Below, in pieces: positions 1 through 11,575 of a DNA stretch of 64,000 nt. The stretch comes from Octopus vulgaris. Taxonomy: Eukaryota. A model generated the notes under the pieces. The model was given only the letters and a program-made list of their open reading frames with translations, was not told the origin of the DNA and did no database searches. How positions within the stretch are numbered: the stretch's first letter is position 1; each line of letters opens with the position of its first letter. Made by a program: the position numbers and the translations under genes. The stretch lies in the NCBI GenBank assembly GCA_951406725.2, contig OX597817.1, forward strand, positions 27,962,001 through 28,026,000. Reading direction: 5' to 3'.

Positions 1-344
1 GAAATACTTTAGGTCTCATGATCGGAAAATGCTACTCCTCTAACAGCCCAATGATGATAATGTCTATACTCATAGATACCCCAAGTAACATTTATAAACT
101 ATTTCATACCAGTTTAAGAATCTTCGATCTATATTTTATAGAGGTAATTTCGAAAGTCGCAGCGAAAATCAGATAGGATTTTGTGGCTTTAATGGAAAAT
201 TAGTAAAGATGGGGTATCTCCTATCCGCCCCTCCGAAGAGAGGTAGGAATAAGAAAATTTACTGCTACAATTTTCTATTCAACTCCGAAAATGTCTCCAG
301 GAACATAACCAGGGATATTTTATACCTAATTTCTCAAAACATAC

Positions 345-692
345 CAAAGGGTGGCTCCCTTCGGGCATGAATGACTATGGTATTGCACCTAGAAAGTTAC
401 CCTCCGAGACACCTGTCCGGGAAAAGCTGTTTATGGAAGACCAGTAGTCACCCATGCATACCAGCCTCCCTTCTCCATGCCACTGATGTTTTCCAAGGGA
501 AAGGCAAAGGGGCCGATACGGCTCAGCACCAGTGACGCCGCAACTCATTTCTACAGCGTAGAGAAATGGAGCAACGTGAAATAAAGTGTCTTGCTCAAGA
601 ACACAACACGCAGCCCGGTCTGGGAATCGAACTCACAACCTTCTCACGATCGTAAGCTCCACGCTCCAACTACTGAGCCATGCGCCTTCACT
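345..692 (-). mobile_element. tRNA-derived SINE (group C-related head, CORE-like body), full length with 11-bp TSD
   Basis: Minus strand begins GTGAAGGCGCATGGCTCAGTAGTTGG (A box), has a GAGTTCGATTCCC B box, then TGTGTTCTTGAGCAAGACACTT (CORE-like). TCAAAACATAC is duplicated at 334-344 and 693-703. Confidence 0.85.
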
Positions 693-1717
693 TCAAAACA
701 TACTAAGTCCAAATAATTACCACAACGTTTTTATGTGAGTAATGTTATGCTAAATTACTCTTGCTTAGTTAATATCACTTCCCAAATCGCACAACAGAGA
801 AATATGTATCCACGCAAGCCTCACATCAAAATTCTTACCTCCAGGTCCTAAAATCAAACCACTTGTCAACGGAGAAGATTCTATTTGTTATATGATTCTA
901 CGTTTTCTTTTAAGAACACATTTAATTAGATTATATATGGATTTCACCGCTGCGAAAATTAGATTCCGTTAGTAGAGAATTACCTCCCAGTGAACGGATA
1001 CAATTAACAATGAATCAGAGAGTTGCTTGCCAGCGACATAGCATATTATTTATATTTTTTATTATATTTATTGCTTACTACAAAACTAATACAAACTTTC
1101 ATAGAAGGAAAAATATTATAATTGTCGTAACCTCACAAATCAAAGTAATTTTTTCCTCCAGTAAATCATGTGTTCAACCACACGGAAAGAACTACAAGAA
1201 AATAAACCTGTTCCAATTTGTAATCTTCTTAAGTCATTTGCATTTAATTTTCAGAAAATAAATCCTGCAACGTTAAATTTGTCAGAAATAATTTTCGAAA
1301 CATTTTTGTAAACGTCATTAAAAATTTATATGTGGACAATAGTAAACTTAACTTCAACTCAACAATTAATGAAAGAGTACACAGGTAAATGAAGTGTAAG
1401 AAAAATTACATATGTTTTGACGATGCGCCAGAAGTAAGCAAATATATACGGTGCGAGAGAGAATGGATGACGGCAAATTCTTGTTGTATATGGTTGTCCG
1501 AATTTAATATATGCGTGTGTTTGTATAGCAATTACTATGTTTTGCTTCTGCTCCTTGTAGATATATCTAACAAACATGGTGTCAGCAACTGCTAAATAGA
1601 GTGTGCGTCAAAAATTACGAACTGTAACATTACACTTGATACTACAACTAAAGGCACCAGATTATATCCAAAGATTGCATTATACCAGACGGCGTGACAT
1701 TTGGCCTAATATCTATC

Positions 1718-1721
<4 letters not shown>

Positions 1722-1774
<53 letters not shown>

Positions 1775-1803
1775 TCTCTCTCTCTTTCTCTTTCTCTCTT
1801 TCT
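1722..1803. repeat. (TC)n microsatellite
   Basis: Direct reading. Confidence 0.95.
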
Positions 1804-1809
1804 ATATAT

Positions 1810-1962
1810 ATATTTATTTATTGCCCACAAAGGGCTAAACATAGAGGGGACAAACAAGGACCGACAAACGGATTTAAGTCGATTACATCGACTCCAGTGC
1901 GAAACTGGTACTTTATTTATCGACCCCGAAAGGATGAAAGGCAAAGTCGACCTTGGCGGAAT
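1810..1962 (-). mobile_element. SINE group B, 3' half
   Basis: Reverse complement matches the GTCGACTTTGCCTTTCATCCTTTCGGGGTCGATAAA...GTGGGCAATAAA body of the copy at 2360. Confidence 0.85.
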
Positions 1963-1976
1963 ATATATATATATAT

Positions 1977-2070
1977 GACGCAGGAGAGACTTTGTGGTAA
2001 GTAGCTTGCTTACCAACCACATGGTTCTGCGTTCAGTCCCACTGCGTAGCACGTTGGCAAAATGTCTATA
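1977..2070 (+). mobile_element. SINE group A, 5' fragment
   Basis: GCAGGAG...GTGGTAAGTAGCTTGCTTACCAACCACATGGTTC..GTTCAGTCCCACTGCG, the same head as 32555 and 52138. Confidence 0.8.
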
Positions 2071-2359
2071 CAGTATATAAATATATATATATGTGTGTGT
2101 GTGCGTGTGTGTGTGTGTGTGTGTATGTATGTTTATGGATATAAATGATATTGACATTAAGAGTGATTGTTACATAATCTACAGAAGTGGAAAACAGATT
2201 GATCTCTCACTCGCTCTTTCTACTTCCTCTCTCTCTCTTTCTTTCATTTTCTCTCACGTGTCTCTCTTTGTATGTGTATGTGTGTATGTCTACCACTGCA
2301 CGTGGATGTGTACTGGAGAACAGTTTGTAGGAAGCTGCGTTAATAAAATGTGAGGACAT

Positions 2360-2588
2360 AAGGCGGTGAGCTGGCAGAAACGTTAAAACGGCGGGCGAAA
2401 TGCCTAGCGGTATTTTCGTCTGCTGCTACATTCAAATTCCGCCGAGGTCGACTTTGCCTTTCATCATCCTTTCGGGGTCGATAAATTTAGTACCAGTTAC
2501 GCACTGGGGTCGATATAATCGACTTAATCCCCTTGTTTGCCACCTCTATGTTTAGCCCCCCCCCCCCCCCGTGGGCAATAAAGAAATA
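2360..2588 (+). mobile_element. SINE group B, full length with 18-bp TSD
   Basis: AAGGCGGTGAGCTGGCAGAAACGTTA head, TTCAAATTCCGCC B-box region. TSD AATAAAATRTGAGGACAT at 2342-2359 and 2589-2606 (1 mismatch). Confidence 0.9.
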
Positions 2589-2980
2589 AATAAAATATGA
2601 GGACATTTCTTCAAACACGCTTACACTCAAGCGCACACAGAATTGACGCCACCACGTATGTACGGTTTGATCTGACTGCATGTCATTTTCGGTAGCACCG
2701 GTTCAACACCTTCCTTCTGTGTGCATCTGGGGTACCGAAGAAAACAACTTAGAAGATTGCTGGGTTGATTGTAAGTATAATTAAAAAGTTACATGTCTTG
2801 TCACGCACTCGGTTATGCTGATTTCGTTCAAGGCTTACACTAAAGGTATATATTTCTCAGTTTCTACTTATGTACTTACACGTTAATTCAATAGGAGGAA
2901 AATTAGCTGATCGAACAATTTAATTCACATCATCGAACGGCGTTGATCCACTAGCAGCACTTTGCATATGTGTCTGTACA

Positions 2981-3044
<64 letters not shown>

Positions 3045-3045
3045 T

Positions 3046-3766
3046 TCATTAGCGTCTTTTTTTCAATTCTGCTTCCATTTTTTTCCGTGTCATCTTGACT
3101 CCCAGGGCAGAGAAAAGTACTGTATATATTAGTAGGACATTAAAATGAACACAACAGATTGTTCATTTACAAAGTCATGTGATAGAGAAAAGGGGAAAGA
3201 CAGACAGAAAAATTTTTTTAAATAATAAAAATAATAATGTAAACAAATAAAATAAGGAGGAGGAAAGAATACTCACAGCGACGATGCTGTGATGTAACAG
3301 TTAAGACAATATTTTGCACTTCCCGCATGGATAGTAAACCAGGGACCTTTCTTAAATAATTTTCAGTTCCTTTTTTTGATCATTCCAAGTGCTCCTACAA
3401 TCACTGGTATTGTAACCGTCGTGAGATGCCACATCTTTTCGATTTCAATTAGGAAATCTATTTTTCGGAAATATTATGGTCACAGGGTATGCTTAGGTCA
3501 ATCAATAAAGAGACTTTATTGTATTGGTCTTTCACAACAATATCTCTTTTACTCTTTACTTGTTTCAGTCATTTGACTGCGGCTATGCTGGAGCACCGCC
3601 TTTAGTCGAGCAAATCGACCCCGGGACTTATTCTTTCTAAGCCCAGTACTTATTCTATCAGTCTCTTTTGCCGAACCGCTAAGTGACGGGGACGTAAACA
3701 CACCAGCATCGGTTGTCAAGCAATGCTAGGGGGACAAACACAGACACACAAACACACACACACACA

Positions 3767-3834
<68 letters not shown>

Positions 3835-4397
3835 CATATATACGACAGGCTTCTTTCAGTCTCCGTCTACCAAATCCACTCACAAGGCATTGGTCGGCCC
3901 GGGGCTATAGCAGAAGACACTTGCCCAAGATGTCACGCAGTGGGACTGAACCGGGAACCATGTGGTTGGTTAGCAAGCTACTTACCACACAGCCACTCCT
4001 GCGCCTATCTGGTTTGCTTGCTTTGATGGTCTGGTCTGTACATCCTGGGAAGTCTCAAACAATAGTTACATTTCCTCCCTTAGTTACAGCCTCAGGGTGA
4101 TACTTGTACATTTGTCAGCAGTTTTGATTTTATGCCGATACATTATCCAATGTAGATATTAGCCAATTCTGTCATGCCTTGAGTGTACTGTATAGGTGCT
4201 AAAACCTTATACCCAGAGATTAGGTAGTTTCCATCCTATCGTTGTGGTATCGACACTTTGGATTCACACCATTTTTTATCACATTAGCTTGATAGTTCCG
4301 GGTCAATAAGCTCTGATCTTGGGCAGTCTTCAATCTCTGCTTTTAGCCCTGAGTTCCGTAACCACTGATGGGTGTGCTTCTGGTCTATATCATATCC
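3046..4397 (-). mobile_element. Decayed 5'-truncated R4/Dong-like RLE LINE (family B-like), 3' end abutting (TAA)n at 2982-3045, interrupted by a SINE
   Basis: Collinear by eye with 25792-26675 (3' UTR, GATCATTCC.AGTGCTCCTAC.ATCACTGGTATTGTAACC, TTACAGCCTCAGGGTG, CTGCTTTTAGCCCTGAG). Confidence 0.85.
3546..4005 (-). mobile_element. SINE group A, full length with internal (TA)n/(CA)n, nested in the LINE
   Basis: Head GGCGCAGGAGTGGCTGTGTGGTAAG and tail GACTGAAACAAGTAAAGAGTAAAAG on the minus strand. TATCT is duplicated at 3541-3545 and 4006-4010. Confidence 0.92.
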
Positions 4398-6789
4398 TGA
4401 TGTTCACATCATTGAATTTTTGAATTTCTGTTTTTTTTTTATTATATTTTTTCATTTTTTTCTCTTCTTTTTTGTACGTTTTGCTATGGTTTACAGTTTT
4501 TGTAATTGTGCAGTTTGTATATATTGGCAGGTGCATACCTCCTTAATTTTATCATGCATTTAATTGCTGCAATAAACGGTATGTTTACATTTTCGAGTAG
4601 TCATGGAGAAAAGAAAAGTAAATTGTAGATATAAAATTTTACAATTTTCTAAAGATGATCGTTTGTATGTCCGATCAGAGAAAAGTGTAATGGTTTGCAA
4701 TAAAGGTATGCTTACATTTTCGAACAAGCTGACTACTGTACTGATACTTGTACTTGTGGCGACATTCACCCTGGGCGGGTTGAGTCGGCTTCTTCTACTC
4801 ATGGAAGAAGTTTCGTGGGAATATGTGGATTTCACAAGCGGTCCCCAACAATCCCGCATGTGGAGACATTCTCTTTTGCCGCAGATTGTCCGCAGACACA
4901 GGGATAGAAAGACCGAGGAGCCGTCGGTTGCCGAAGCAGACACTCCGAGGATTTTCACCAGAGCCCCGTCTGCCGGGTTGTGGCCCTAATTCCACTCGGT
5001 GTCAGACCAATGCGCCTTGGTTGGCCCTACAAGGAACCGAAGTTCCCGACGGCATAGCTCTGACACTACCCGTTGCCAGCGTCCCCACCACGGTGAGGAG
5101 GAGATGGACTTTGGGGACGCAGTTGGCTACTGGAAAATGGGCTGCTATTCGTCAAAGCAGGTGACATGTTGTTAGAAGTGAGATAGACATTTTAGCAATA
5201 CCAAATGCATTAGAAAGGAGAATTTCTTTTACTGCATGGTTAGACAAGAAGTTGATGGGGGTGGGGTCTTGTCTCGGAAGCTGACAGAAGCAAAGCCGAA
5301 GCGCACGCGCGCGTGTGTGTTTATGTATATTGTTTGTGTACGTGTGTTGTCTTGTGTGTGTGTGCATACTTGTACATGTGTGTGATTGCGAATACGTGTG
5401 TGTGTGCGAACCTGTTCAGCATGCATGTATGAGTGCCTGTGCTAATTATATTCTTGCATTTATGGAAGAATGATTTTTGCAATTAGAAGTGTTACAGATT
5501 TTACCACTAATAATTTTCCAAATTATGAGTATTGTCCTTACGAAAATAACTTATATGGTTTTACCTATGATATGAACTGAGGTAGAGGTGGTGTAATAAG
5601 TTAGTTAAGTCAAAAGCCATTATAGTCCAAGAAACAAATCAGATATTCTAGCCACGATTGTTAGCGACTCACAGAGAAGAGGCGATAATCACTACTGCTT
5701 CTTACTTCCCATTCATGCCTCGCTTTCCGTTATGGCTTCTCTCATTCCTCGGTGTTCCATGTTCTGACATTTTAAGACATAAAGAACACACTTCATGTGT
5801 GGAGCTCTGCTTATCCAGACATCATACATTGTCAAAGTTAAGTCTGTGACACGACAATATTCATAGAATAGTATTTGCAACAAATTCTAGATCATATACT
5901 GTTCAAAGCATATCAGTATCCCCGTAGTTTTCTTAGCTGTTGAGCATAAGCTATAGCATGCTCACCATTTTGAGCAACATTCTGACTCCAGTTGATTTCA
6001 GAACCACCGTTGATCTTACGCTGTCAACCAATACATTCAGCTAAACTAACGTCTCTGCACAAATTAACAACAGAGATTAGCACAACGCATCTTGCTTCGT
6101 CCAAATGGGAAGCATGTCCACACCAAGCAGAGGACAATACGATTAAGAAGCCAGCTGTGTCTAAAGCTGACATCTCCTGTCTCAGAACCAAGCATTTAGC
6201 TACAATCGCCAGACAAATGCCCGACGAAGAACAGTTTTTATGGAAGCTGGACAAAACCAAATAATGACCCCTTGGTTATTGATAGCATCAAAAATGATCA
6301 TCGGTGTCGAAGAAACCAAAGGATGAAAAGATTAACCATGGTAACAATTTGACTAACAATCTTCTTTCTTGGACAGAGATGTTGGAGAGCAGCGCTGTTA
6401 ATAGCCACCTAATTTTAAAACTTTATTTCCAAACTCGGAGTTAAAATACCCGAGATACCTGAAAGGCTCATGAGACGATATACTGCTCGAATAGTAGTAT
6501 TCTGTGCAAGTGGTTTTCTTTTTATGTATTTTATAACATTTAGAAACGAAGATGAAAAATGTAAATATTAAAAACAGAATAAATACACAAAGATTGTATT
6601 AAAAAGAGAAAAGGCAAAACAGAAATGAAAGAAATACTTCACGATGTCGTGCAGCTGCTGTTTATACCTCGCTCAGAGATTTGTTATTGCTTCTTTACAC
6701 TTTTTCGAAATCACTGACTTTTCGTCACTGGAAAAAGGATATATATTTGCAAAGGGAACCCACTTTTCATCGGCAATCGGTGATTGTCA

Positions 6790-6830
6790 CACGCTGATGA
6801 CGAGTCAATACCCAGAAACTCGAGTCCGTG
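6790..6830 (+). ncRNA. Type I minimal hammerhead ribozyme motif
   Basis: CACG-CTGATGA-(CGAGTCAATACCCA)-GAAA-CTCGAG-TC-CGTG: intact core, stem I CACG/CGTG, palindromic stem III, GUC cleavage triplet. Stem II has 2 mismatches. Confidence 0.8.
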
Positions 6831-6881
6831 AGTATCATCTCTGATTGAAGATAGGAAGGATAGCTTCCCTTTGCAAATACT

Positions 6882-7110
6882 TATTTCTTTACTACCCACA
6901 GGGGGCTAAACACAGGGGGTACAAACAAGGACAGACAAAGGTATTAAGTCGATTACATCGACCCCAGTGCGTAACTGGTACTTAATTTATCGACCCCGAA
7001 ACGATGAAAGGCAAAGTCGACCTCGGCGGAATTTGAACTCAGAACGTAGCGGCAGACGAAATACCGCAAAGCATTTCGCCCGGCGTGCTAACGTTTCTGC
7101 CAGCTCGCCA
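6882..7110 (-). mobile_element. SINE group B, full length with 14-bp TSD
   Basis: Reverse complement of the group B pattern seen at 2360 and 13148. CCTTTRCAAATACT at 6868-6881 and 7111-7124. Confidence 0.9.
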
Positions 7111-7769
7111 CCTTTACAAATACTGATAGGGCACAGAAAGTGTGTCAATAGCCAGTTGGAATCGGTGTCCTCCTGGTACTACAAGCTAGAGTAGCATCCA
7201 CCCTTAAGGGTTAGCCACATGTAAGAGGCAAATATACTTCACGAGAAATGAGTGAGTCCTGCTGCTTACCACTAATAGTCCCTCAATAGTATTTTGCATT
7301 TTAAAATATATAAAAATGAATCAATAAATATGACATGACAGCATTGTCTCTCAAATCGAAAAGGAATTTGCAATAGTAATTATCATAGTTTTCTCACTGC
7401 CATGTCTTTATTATAAATCCTCCAGTCATTTGTCGTAATAAGCTTGCGTGATGCACGTATGAAGTCATCTACTGAAATACGATTCGTTTCCAAAATACTT
7501 AAATCCAGAACGTTGCTTTTCTTTTTGGTATTTGTAGTAATATTAGATTTTACGATACAGAGATGACTATCTATACTATGTAATGATTATGTAAGCTAGA
7601 CATACATTAACGCAACTTGTATTACTTCTCGTTGGCAATTACGAACCATTTTTGATTAACTTTAATACATATATTCTCTTACAGTAGTTGAAATTCATGC
7701 GGTTTAGCGAAATCTTCTCTTCGATACGAGTATGTATGTATGTGTATAGATAGAGAGAAATAAATAGAT

Positions 7770-10100
7770 AGATTTCCTTATTGGCCACGCAGGGCTGAAC
7801 ACAGAAAGGACAAAATACAAAGTAGAGCTTCTCTTTTTGGGAACAAGAGGAGAGAAAACAAGGAGGGGTGAATTCCCCTCAAAAGGGATCGTGAATAGAA
7901 ACAAAAAGTGGGGCCGATCAATAGGGATCGTGTATCACAGAATGTTAATGTAAAAAGGAAAAACAGATTAGGTTTGTCGTGGATAGAAAAGCCTACGGAA
8001 AAGACCACGGGAACCTTGGGTAATAGTGTCATGCAAAAAGAAAACACATTACAGTAGGTAGCTCTCAGTTTTCCTTTCGTTTTCTTTTTCACCGATAAGC
8101 GCATGCCTGTGTATCATTAGCCACGGCATCCCCAGACGTCCACACTGCGGATGCTGACAGCAAAGGAACCGTCTGACAAGCGGAATCTGTCCTTTCCATA
8201 GAAAGTGGAAGAGAAAGCGCCCCAGCTTAATCAACCACTTAGCAGGGCAAGGAACAGGCGGTAATAGATGATGGATGCAATGTACACATTTGCCACCTCC
8301 TTCCGCCGTTTCAGGGATAGATTTCTCTCGCCCCATTTCTGGGTGAGATTAGCCACCTCGCTTGTGACCTCTTCGCAGTTCTTGTCCGCTTGGAGATCTG
8401 AACCCAAACCAGACTCAAGCAGTTTAACCGGTCCTTCCGTCTAGCGTCCAACAACACAATTGGTTGGCATAGACCTGTCTCTCCAGGTGCCGAGCTGAAG
8501 GCCCACTGGCTTCTACTGGTTAATCTTTGCTCCTGTCACCGCTTCGTATTCCTTTAGTGTAGTACCAATTGCTACGATTTCTGACACGAAAACTCCCCAT
8601 CCTAGTTCACGTGGAATGCCTCTCGAAACATCCAGCTTCCACAGTAATAGCTCGAGAGCCAGCACGTACAGAAAGGGTGAGAGTGGGCATCCTTGACAAA
8701 CCGAACGCACGATGTTAAACGATTCCGAAAGGAATCTTTGACCACAGAGCAGCTGTCGCTATACATTGCAACGATCCAGCATCAGAAAACGGGACCGAAA
8801 CCATCCACCTCCAGGACAGACTCCAAGTATTGATGGGCAACCCTATCAAAAGCTTTCGATTGATCCAAATTGATAGGGTCCCCACCCATGCCAGGTTCTT
8901 TACTTACTCTCTCTATGATGTATCGCGTGAGGTGGAGGTTGTCGTGGATACACCAGTTTGGGATCGCGCATGTTTGCTTATCACCGACCAGTCTAGTAAC
9001 GACAAGCGCCTACCTCTTCGCTAACACCTTGGCCTCAATCTTGTAATCTCTGTTTAGCAGAGTTACAGGCCTAAAGTTATCTATAACGTCCCACTTGTTC
9101 AAGTCCTTTCTCAACAGCATCACCAGACCTCGGCTCACAGAACTGGGAATTCTCCCGTTCTGTTGCCAATTGCTGTAGACATCTACCAAGAGTTCACCGA
9201 ACAAGTCTGGCGTATGAGTATAAAGCTCGAAGCGCATACCGTCCAAACCCAGAAACCCTTCCCTAGTGCAGTTAAACAACGCCTCACGAATATCTTCGGC
9301 TGTTATCGGCATTTCGCAGAACTCTGCATCCCTGGTCGAGAGCCGCGGCAGGCCGTCGAGGTAGGAGGTGAGATCCAACTCTGTCTCCGTGCCGCCACGC
9401 GCCCCGTACAGTTCAGCGAAGTGCTGTCGAAATTCTGCACACATCTACTTGGACTTGTCTGTCATGTGCCAGTTGTGCAACGTCAAAGACCGACTTGTGG
9501 TTTAGTTTTGATGTTGTACCTCAGCCACCCGGGCCCATCGAACAGTTTTCTTTTTCTCATATTTTAGAGCACGCGCTCTAGTTCTGACAATGCATGCTTC
9601 ATGCTAAACGTTGAAGAACTGGTCAAGTGCCAATTTCGTCGCCAGCAGGCCGGTCGCTATGCCTTAACTAAGTGCCTAAATCTCCCTCTATTCTAGACTT
9701 CTCTATCGCTATTTCCTTGCTAAACCTCAATGCCTCTACTTTAATTGTCCTTTTCAGAGCTACCCACCATCGGTTGTTGAAGACAGTACTCGTCAACTTA
9801 CTTGCTGACCCTGTCTCTGAAAGCTTGGCTCGTCGGGAAGGATCCGTTCAGCTTCCAGTATCCGGCGCCCTAACTATGAAGCCTATGTAGTTCGACCGTA
9901 CAGATCACAAATTTGTGGTCTGTGTAGTGGACTACTCGAAATTGTGGACATCCTATGCTATCTTTATATCTTGGCCTACAGAACAATCTATCTAAATGTG
10001 AGCGTGTTGGCCCGATGCGATTTGCCCAAGTCCACGTTGGCGCATCCGGGAAATCCAGTCTACCCGTCAGTCAGTTGGAAATGTCTGAGTAGGTTTGCAA
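7770..10100 (-). mobile_element. Decayed L1-clade (Tx1-like) LINE ORF2 (end of APE endonuclease, RT) plus 3' UTR
   Basis: Frameshifted segments YLDRLFC...HYTDHKFV (APE end), FRPVTLLNRDYKIEAKVLAKR, RSVCQGCPLSPFLYVLALE, EYEAVTGAKIN and FHFLWKG...GRLGMPWL, typical of L1/Tx1 ORF2. Many stops and deletions. Confidence 0.88.
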
Positions 10101-10289
10101 GTTTCTACTGTCAGCTACTGTCAGCTACACCCACCCAGTACATCTAAAATAGCGTTCCAATCACCCACTAATATTCAACTGTTATATGCGTCAATATATG
10201 TGTTATATGCGTTAGTTGCAGAGGGTTTTAGTTCGCGTATCTCTTTCTCATATAGGCGTCTATTTCTGTGTCTGCTTAGCTCTGACTTT

Positions 10290-10620
10290 GAAGTCAATAG
10301 TCACTAACTTATGTTAGAGAAATTACGGCATTTACAATAGCTCTTCTGTTCCACTTCCTGTAACTTGAGTGTTCGTCAGATTGGTAGGTGATGAGGCGGT
10401 TTGCTGTTTTCTTAATGTGTTTGTTACAAATTGTTAGAACTGTTGTACCACAGAACTCGAGGAGCCTTAGACCCTGCCCCTTTCTTGAACAGTGATCTAT
10501 AATTTCCATGTATCTACAGAAACTATCATCATGTTGTTGGTCAACATGTTTGTTGTTGTCGCCAGCCAAAATATTTTAGTCAATGTTAACGGACAATGGG
10601 GTAGTCATCAGAATGGTGTC
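10290..10620 (-). mobile_element. Degenerate RTE-like LINE endonuclease fragment
   Basis: ORF 10309..10569 contains GLRLLEFCGTTVLTICNKHIKKTANRLITYQS, resembling the G.RLLEFC...L.I.NT.F.K....L.TY motif of RTE APE domains. Confidence 0.6.
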
Positions 10621-11346
10621 AGAAACAGTCCTTCTATTCATCCATTAATCATGCAGACAAACGTGGAGATAAATGCCGCGGTTGAGTTGCCTATAACTAA
10701 TCTCATATTAGCTTATCCTATCGCACAACCTGCATAAACCATTTCTCAGATAAGACAAATTCCTACTCCGTGATGGCTGTTACTATTACTCAACCAGCAG
10801 AGTTTGTTCTGATTTTTCTTGCCTTGAGGAGTTTGTTTGAGGATCTTTTCCCTATTAGCTTTAGCACACAACAAACATTCACTCGTCCCCACTTCAGCAC
10901 CTCCACAATCTGACAAGACCAATCTTACATCTTGGCTATACTTATAGTTTTAGCCCTAAAGATTTGAAATGTACTGGAAAAGGTGTTCTGTATTCGGTGG
11001 CAAAGTTGTTTGATTGCTGGTTCGTTGGTGTTTGAAGCTGAGTGCACTTGAGAAGCATAAGAAAGACATACCGAGGTCTGCTGGAAAAGATGAATGTAGG
11101 CTGATTTAGCATTATTATTATAGCATAACGATGAAGATATAGTACTTAAGTAGTAAATAGATTTGTAAACACTTAGACTATTGCAAAACAAAAAGAACAT
11201 TTGAAATACTGGTCGAACTCACAGTGGCCTAATTGGACATTTAAACGTTGTAATAGAAACTGTAAACGAAATATTGTTCTGCATGTATTAATATTGCGTT
11301 TACTGTATTTGATATATTTGACCGTGATAGGTAGTAAGATTGCAAG

Positions 11347-11575
11347 TGTGTAACTACACACCTACGCACATTTTCTTTTATATATACATAAGTGAATATG
11401 TGTTCACGTACAAATACATTACAATTTACATATATATATATATATATATATATATAGTATAAAGTGTGTACCTACACACCCACACACCTACGCACATTTT
11501 CTTTTATATATACATAAGTGAATATGTGTTCACGTACAAATACATTACATTTTACATATATATATATACATATAT
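11347..11575. repeat. Local tandem duplication (~100-120 bp unit x2)
   Basis: CACACCTACGCACATTTTCTTTTATATATACATAAGTGAATATGTGTTCACGTACAAATACATTACA occurs twice, separated by (TA)n. Confidence 0.9.

Noticed and set aside
4603-4989. 128-aa ORF with a hydrophobic stretch resembling a membrane protein
   Set aside because: No recognisable domain, and overlapping ORFs on both strands reflect local GC richness. Kept only as an unexplained island.
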